Source: a bacterium (GTDB lineage: Bacteria; Zhuqueibacterota; Zhuqueibacteria; Oceanimicrobiales; Oceanimicrobiaceae). From it: 11,276 nucleotides of DNA. Under the pieces are notes generated by a model, which was not told where the DNA came from, did not search any database, and saw only the letters and a program-made list of their open reading frames with translations. Positions 6,934 through 11,276 of the stretch are shown in pieces; within the stretch, counting starts at the first letter, position 1, and each line of letters starts with the position of its first letter. The stretch spans positions 1 through 11,276 of the forward strand of contig JBHHXT010000157.1 in the NCBI GenBank assembly GCA_046757165.1, written 5' to 3'. Position numbers and translations under genes: made by a program.

Positions 6934-7476
6934 TCAAAGTTGATCATTAGCTGTCTGCAACTCAGTGGTTTCGATAAGATGCTTCAATTTCACATAGTTC
7001 TCCTGTCCGCGGGCGGTCATATTCCATTTGGATAAGAAGAGCAGCGACTTCCAGAACAGATTCTTGCCCTCGACTTTGCTGCTCTGGAGGATCCCGGTGG
7101 TGCCGTTCTTGCGAACAAAGTGAACTTCTATGTCTGCTTCGAGGACCTCATTGTCCAGCGTGAAGGAGATCAATTCGTTTTCCTTGAAGCCGGTGACTTC
7201 CTCGGTCATGATAATCTCCTCGTCGCCATCGACAAAGACGAGCTTCCACGTACTGCCGACCTCGTTCGGGCCGCCGGTGAGGTTTTCCATGCTCTTGAAT
7301 CCGGTCAGCCATTCGGACATGTTTGCAGGGTCAGAAAAAACGGCGAACGAATGTTCGACCGGCTTGCTGACTTCGATTCTGTTCTCGTACGTGAAGCTGG
7401 GCACAAACATGCCAATCAGGACAAAAATCACCGCTAAAGCAGCGACTGCGCCCAAGATATATCGCAATACTCTCAT
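6934..7476 (-). CDS. SRPBCC (START-like) family protein with N-terminal membrane anchor
   Basis: Hydrophobic N-terminal helix, then IEVSKPVEHSFAVFSDPANMSEW and GPNEVGSTW; ATG at 7476 has an AGGTGA RBS and is preferred over 7518. Confidence 0.85.
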   Translation of the reverse strand: MRVLRYILGAVAALAVIFVLIGMFVPSFTYENRIEVSKPVEHSFAVFSDPANMSEWLTGFKSMENLTGGPNEVGSTWKLVFVDGDEEIIMTEEVTGFKENELISFTLDNEVLEADIEVHFVRKNGTTGILQSSKVEGKNLFWKSLLFLSKWNMTARGQENYVKLKHLIETTELQTANDQL

Positions 7477-7552
7477 CGCATCACCTGTTGTTTCGTTCGC
7501 CCACGGGTAAGGTAACAAATTCTCCGCCGGAATTCAATTCAAAATAACGGCG

Positions 7553-8311
7553 TCAACTCTTTTTGCCGACCGTTTTTTCGAGATAAGCGCGAATGACTTC
7601 CAGGATTTCCTTTGACGCCCATATCCTGGCCGTTTCCTGATCGATGGTCTGCTTGAACCGTTCGTGCCGGTCGAGGGTTGGTTGCCGCATCAGGCGTTTC
7701 GTCGTGGCGAATGAGTCTGGTGGGATAGTAGCAAGCTGCCGGGCAAGACGAAAGGCCTGCTCCATCAGGTTCTCCGCTTCCACCACCTCGTCGACCAGGC
7801 CAAGTTTGAGGGCGTCTTCAGGCTCGTAGGTGCGGCCGGAGTACACCACCGTTTGAAAGGCGTGCACGGGAACCGTAAAGCGCACGATTTCCAGCGGCAG
7901 TGACGGAAACGGGATGCCGACCGCCAGCTCGACAACGCCGATCCGGCCTGAGTTTTGGGCCATGAGGCAAGTATCACACGACCAGGCCAGGAGACATCCG
8001 CCTGCGATGGCGTGGCCATTGACCGCCGCCACTATCGGCTTCGGGAACGTGAACAGCCTGTACAAGCCCTCGGTCAGCTTTGGCAGGAATTTGTCCAGGT
8101 AGGCCTTGCCGCCATTGATGATTTTGAAGAGGTCGACACCGGCGGAGAAGCTGGCGCCAGCGCCGGTCAAGACGGCAGCCCGTGCGGGTGCCTCTTCGAC
8201 CTCGTCCAGCCTCTGGATAAGCTCGGAAAGCAGGTCGACGTCGATGAGGTTGACCTTGCCGTGGTCAAGAGTGAGCACGGCGATCGCGTCATGAGATTCC
8301 ATGTTTACCAT
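7553..8311 (-). CDS. Enoyl-CoA hydratase/isomerase (crotonase) family protein
   Basis: FSAGVDL, PKPIVAAVNGHAIAGGCLLA and EDALKLGLVDEVV motifs; RBS GGGAGG. Confidence 0.95.
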   Translation of the reverse strand: MVNMESHDAIAVLTLDHGKVNLIDVDLLSELIQRLDEVEEAPARAAVLTGAGASFSAGVDLFKIINGGKAYLDKFLPKLTEGLYRLFTFPKPIVAAVNGHAIAGGCLLAWSCDTCLMAQNSGRIGVVELAVGIPFPSLPLEIVRFTVPVHAFQTVVYSGRTYEPEDALKLGLVDEVVEAENLMEQAFRLARQLATIPPDSFATTKRLMRQPTLDRHERFKQTIDQETARIWASKEILEVIRAYLEKTVGKKS

Positions 8312-8410
8312 GGCCGTCCTCCCTGTGGTTGAGGTTAAGAGAGCGCGGGGCGTTCGCCCCTGTCCTTTCCGGCATTGGGCGGTGTAAATAGCGATTACCG
8401 CAAGGAAATA

Positions 8411-9979
8411 CTAGGCCTCGATTTCTGCTGTGACCGCCTCACTCGTGGTCGCTGCTGTTTCTGATTTCAAATACTCGGTCGGGTCATGAGTGAGCGCGCC
8501 TTCCGGCAGCCACTCCCATAGCGGCCCGAGATCATTCTTGATTCTATCGACATAAAACTGTGGCAGGTCCGTGGTTTCCTGCTCGAAGTAGGGCCGGAAC
8601 TGTGGGTCGCGGTCCAGTCGACGGCGGATCTCTTTGTAATAGCGAAGCCGTCCGAACCCTTCCGAGGAAACTGCCCGGACAAAATTCATCCAGCGCGGGA
8701 TGGCCACTTTCATGGTCGTGAACCGCCGATAGATGGCGCGCCAGGAAAAGGTGTATTCTGTCAGGTCGATCAGGTTATCATAAAACTCCGGCCACTCATA
8801 GTTTCGGGGCCGGACGTTCATGGCATGGTTGTTATTCAGGAAGTGGAAAGGAAAGGGGAGAACGCGATCGGTCTTTTGATATTCCAGGTTGAGCGGCGCT
8901 GCGCGGCCGAAAGCAGAGAGCTGGGAATAGGCCGGAAACGCGGCCGGGGCCAGATCGAGAAACCGCTTCGTCAGCTCGAACGGCTCTGTTCCCTGATCGG
9001 TGTCCAGGCCCAGGACAAAATTGGCCTGAACGTACGGGATGTACGTCATGATGAGGTTGACATGCTCCGAGACCTGGCGCACCTTGTCCATACCGGCGCG
9101 GTTGCCGGTCTTGGATTTGTTGCCGAGGTCGTACCAGGATTCAATGCCGGGCAGGATGGCTTTGAAGCCAATGTGCTTCATCCGCTTCAGGTGCGCTTCT
9201 GAAAGCAGGGACAGGCTGCTTTCAGCGACGAAGTCCATGCTGCCGGGCGGCACAACTTCCTCAATCGCATCCATTTGCTCGTTGAAGCGCACACCGAAAT
9301 TAGGATCGTGCCAGGCCACACGCGGTCTGTCCAACGTCTGCAAAAGAAAACGCAGATCATCCTTCAGCACCTCCAGGTCCAGGGAGTGATAGGGAATCAC
9401 CGAGTCGATACAAAAGCTGCACGTGTAAGGACATCCCAGGCTCGAGATCATCGGGACGATTTTGAGCAGAGGGGCTTTTTTCAAGGTTGACTGAACGAAT
9501 TTCCAACGTGCACGCACGCCGGGCAGATGCTGGGGTTGCTGCGGGGCAGAGAGGTAGACGCCCTGCGGCCGGTTGCGAGCGCAATCTTGTAGAACATCCT
9601 TGACGATCTGCTTGTCGGTGAAGCCCAGGACGTAGTCGAAGTATTTTTGCGCATCGCCAGGATAGCAGCGCGCATGCGGGCCGCCCAGCACGGTGACCGC
9701 CCCTTTGGAGCGAAAGTAGTTGCTGATGGCATAGGCAAGCTGAGCTGCCTGCGTAAAAGCGCTGACAAAGATCAGGTCAAAATCATCCGGTAGATCTTCG
9801 AGAATGTCTTCGAATCCGGTGTAACATTCGAGCATCACATCATGACCCTCCTCCTCGCACCAAAGCGCAACGATCTGCGGCATGATACCGGCGAGATTGG
9901 CGTGCATAACACGTGCGTAAAGGGCACGCGTCGGGCCCTTGGTGACGAGGTCGATTACGGCAATTCTTAGCTTCTTCAT
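8411..9979 (-). CDS. B12-binding-domain radical SAM protein
   Basis: CxxxCxxC (GCPYTCSFC); N-terminal cobalamin-binding-like segment VTVLGGPHA; GIES and FVLGLD motifs; RBS TAAGGAG. Confidence 0.9.
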   Translation of the reverse strand: MKKLRIAVIDLVTKGPTRALYARVMHANLAGIMPQIVALWCEEEGHDVMLECYTGFEDILEDLPDDFDLIFVSAFTQAAQLAYAISNYFRSKGAVTVLGGPHARCYPGDAQKYFDYVLGFTDKQIVKDVLQDCARNRPQGVYLSAPQQPQHLPGVRARWKFVQSTLKKAPLLKIVPMISSLGCPYTCSFCIDSVIPYHSLDLEVLKDDLRFLLQTLDRPRVAWHDPNFGVRFNEQMDAIEEVVPPGSMDFVAESSLSLLSEAHLKRMKHIGFKAILPGIESWYDLGNKSKTGNRAGMDKVRQVSEHVNLIMTYIPYVQANFVLGLDTDQGTEPFELTKRFLDLAPAAFPAYSQLSAFGRAAPLNLEYQKTDRVLPFPFHFLNNNHAMNVRPRNYEWPEFYDNLIDLTEYTFSWRAIYRRFTTMKVAIPRWMNFVRAVSSEGFGRLRYYKEIRRRLDRDPQFRPYFEQETTDLPQFYVDRIKNDLGPLWEWLPEGALTHDPTEYLKSETAATTSEAVTAEIEA

Positions 9980-10137
9980 AAGGTCTCCTTAAGCTACTCG
10001 GATGAAAATGATGGATCACGAACGAAATTCCCCCTTGTGGGAACTTGAGTCAACGTGAAAGCCCCTGGAACGCTCGAGTTAGATGGTTTTGACAAGCTTG
10101 GATTTGAAAGTGCGTATCAGAAGTGTTACGTTGCAGA

Positions 10138-10166
10138 AATATGCGAAACAAAATTGAAATAAACAA
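10138..10166 (-). promoter_or_regulatory. Candidate sigma70-type promoter for the radical SAM gene and downstream genes
   Basis: TTGTTT (10166-10161), 17-nt spacer, CATATT (10143-10138) in an AT-rich intergenic stretch. Confidence 0.45.
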
Positions 10167-10194
10167 GGGGTTTTTGTACGTTTCGGTTTTGAGC

Positions 10195-10237
10195 TCCGGG
10201 TTCAAAGGTTTGACCTTCGAACCCGGAACCCGAACCC
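10195..10237 (-). repeat. Stem-loop with GAACCCG-type short tandem repeats just downstream of the FKBP gene
   Basis: Minus strand TCCGGGTTCGAAGGT-CAA-ACCTTTGAACCCGGA gives a 15-bp stem with one G-U; GAACCCG GAACCCG AACCC at 10219-10237; no U-tract. Confidence 0.55.
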
Positions 10238-10241
10238 TACT

Positions 10242-10889
10242 CTATTGAATTTTCAACAGCTCGACTTGAAAAATCAGCGTGGCCCCCGGACCGATCAGGC
10301 CGCCGGCGCCGCGGTCGCGGTACGCCAGCCGGGAGGGGATGTAGAACTCATACTTGCTGCCGACGTTCATCAGCTGCAAACCTTCGGTCCACCCGGGGAT
10401 GACCCGGTTGAGCGGGAAAGTGGCGGGCTCTCCGCGTTTATAGGAGCTGTCGAATTCTCGCCCGTCGATGAGGGTGCCGCGATAGTGCACCGTGACCCGA
10501 TCGGTGGCCTTTGGTTTTGGGCCGGCGCCTTCCTTTAACACCTTGTATTGCAGACCGCTGGCAGTCGTGAGGACGCCCTCTTTCTCTTTGTTTTCTTCCA
10601 GGAATCTCTCATCGTCCGTTTTTCTGAATTCGTGCAAAATAGCCTCCACCTCCTGGTCGGTTAGCAGCGCCGGGCGACCGTTCAACGTGTCTCTGATACC
10701 CTGAATCAGGGCTGGCAAATCGATCCCGGTTTCGAGTTGTTTCATGTTGGCGCCAAATTCTTGACCCAGGGCGTAACTCAATTTCTCGGATGAGGTGTCA
10801 AGTTCCGTTTTTTCGGCCTGGTTTTGGCTCGTGCAGGCTTGCAAGGTGAAAAATGCGGCGATCATGAGTAAAGGTGAGAAGTTTTTCAT
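10242..10889 (-). CDS. FKBP-type peptidyl-prolyl cis-trans isomerase (Mip/FkpA-like) lipoprotein
   Basis: Lipobox LQAC; SYALG dimerisation domain; SGLQYKVL, VHYRGTL, FDSSY, VIPGWTEGL and LIFQVEL motifs. Confidence 0.96.
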   Translation of the reverse strand: MKNFSPLLMIAAFFTLQACTSQNQAEKTELDTSSEKLSYALGQEFGANMKQLETGIDLPALIQGIRDTLNGRPALLTDQEVEAILHEFRKTDDERFLEENKEKEGVLTTASGLQYKVLKEGAGPKPKATDRVTVHYRGTLIDGREFDSSYKRGEPATFPLNRVIPGWTEGLQLMNVGSKYEFYIPSRLAYRDRGAGGLIGPGATLIFQVELLKIQ

Positions 10890-10938
10890 CCAACATTCCT
10901 TTCTGTTTGGTTAGGTGGTCCTTGATTTGGGTCTCCGC

Positions 10939-11262
10939 TCACATGTCCTCGAGTATTTCTACGCCCTCCCTGGCCGCGACTTGCACGGTACCGATCTGAT
11001 TCACTTTGCGCTCAAACTCGTCTGGAGCGTAACACAACAACTCCAGGGGCTCATCAAACGGCCAATAGGGGTACAAGTCAACAGGTCTTTCAACAAACTT
11101 CTTGTGTTTGAAGTGTTCTGACACGATGATGACATCGAAGTCACTGTGACGCAGATGGTCTCCCCGAACCCGCGAGCCAAAAAGAATCATTCTTTGAATC
11201 GTGAGGGAGCCTTCCAGGCTTTTTCTAAAAAAGATTATTTTTTCAACATCTCTCTTATCCAA
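10939..11262 (-). CDS. Minimal nucleotidyltransferase (MNT), probable antitoxin of a HEPN-MNT pair
   Basis: LFGSRVRGDHLRHSDFD is a GS-x10-DxD motif; 107 aa; TTG start overlapping an upstream reading frame. Confidence 0.9.
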   Translation of the reverse strand: MDKRDVEKIIFFRKSLEGSLTIQRMILFGSRVRGDHLRHSDFDVIIVSEHFKHKKFVERPVDLYPYWPFDEPLELLCYAPDEFERKVNQIGTVQVAAREGVEILEDM

Positions 11263-11276
11263 TCTACCATCTCTTC
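11235..11276 (-). CDS. 3' end of an upstream gene, probably a HEPN-domain protein (partial)
   Basis: Open frame from the window edge, EEMVDWIREMLKK-TAA, overlapping the MNT start by 28 nt; resembles HEPN C-terminal helices; only 13 residues visible. Confidence 0.5.
   Translation of the reverse strand, partial: EEMVDWIREMLKK

Noticed and set aside
6525..6947. Alternative minus-strand ORF (MINFEGPE...) overlapping the nuclease
   Set aside because: Arg-rich shadow-frame composition with no motif; the 6485-6874 frame carries the D...ExK motif.
9980..10137. Cobalamin or SAM riboswitch in the radical SAM leader
   Set aside because: No B12-box or SAM-I core recognisable by eye; an Rfam scan would be decisive.
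10195..10227. Intrinsic terminator after the FKBP gene
   Set aside because: Strong stem, but no U-tract follows it on either strand; kept only as a stem-loop/repeat.
4200..11121. Plus-strand ORFs antisense to dgt, dam, SRPBCC, crotonase, radical SAM, FKBP and MNT
   Set aside because: Typical shadow ORFs of GC-rich genes with no recognisable motifs.

Overview
Bacterial genomic window with GC-rich coding regions and no rRNA, tRNA or CRISPR array. Two converging gene blocks. Plus strand: trpS, a DUF309 protein and a lipoprotein trypsin-like serine protease. Minus strand, right to left: the probable 3' tip of a HEPN gene plus an MNT nucleotidyltransferase, an FKBP-type PPIase lipoprotein, a B12-binding radical SAM enzyme, a crotonase-family enzyme, an SRPBCC protein, and a closely spaced PD-(D/E)XK nuclease, Dam-type methyltransferase and dGTPase. 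The most striking structure is non-coding. A ~132-bp MITE-like element occurs twice (1230-1361, 3002-3134), each time in the loop of a CACGC-NNNN-GCGTG-type hairpin belonging to a larger repeat. An empty copy of that hairpin is visible at 3199-3212. The larger repeat brackets the DUF309 and protease genes as an inverted pair. The convergence zone (3376-4211) holds a decayed two-gene AbiEii-like nucleotidyltransferase module and a cluster of REP-like palindromes. Family calls rest on motif recognition by eye, not on database searches.
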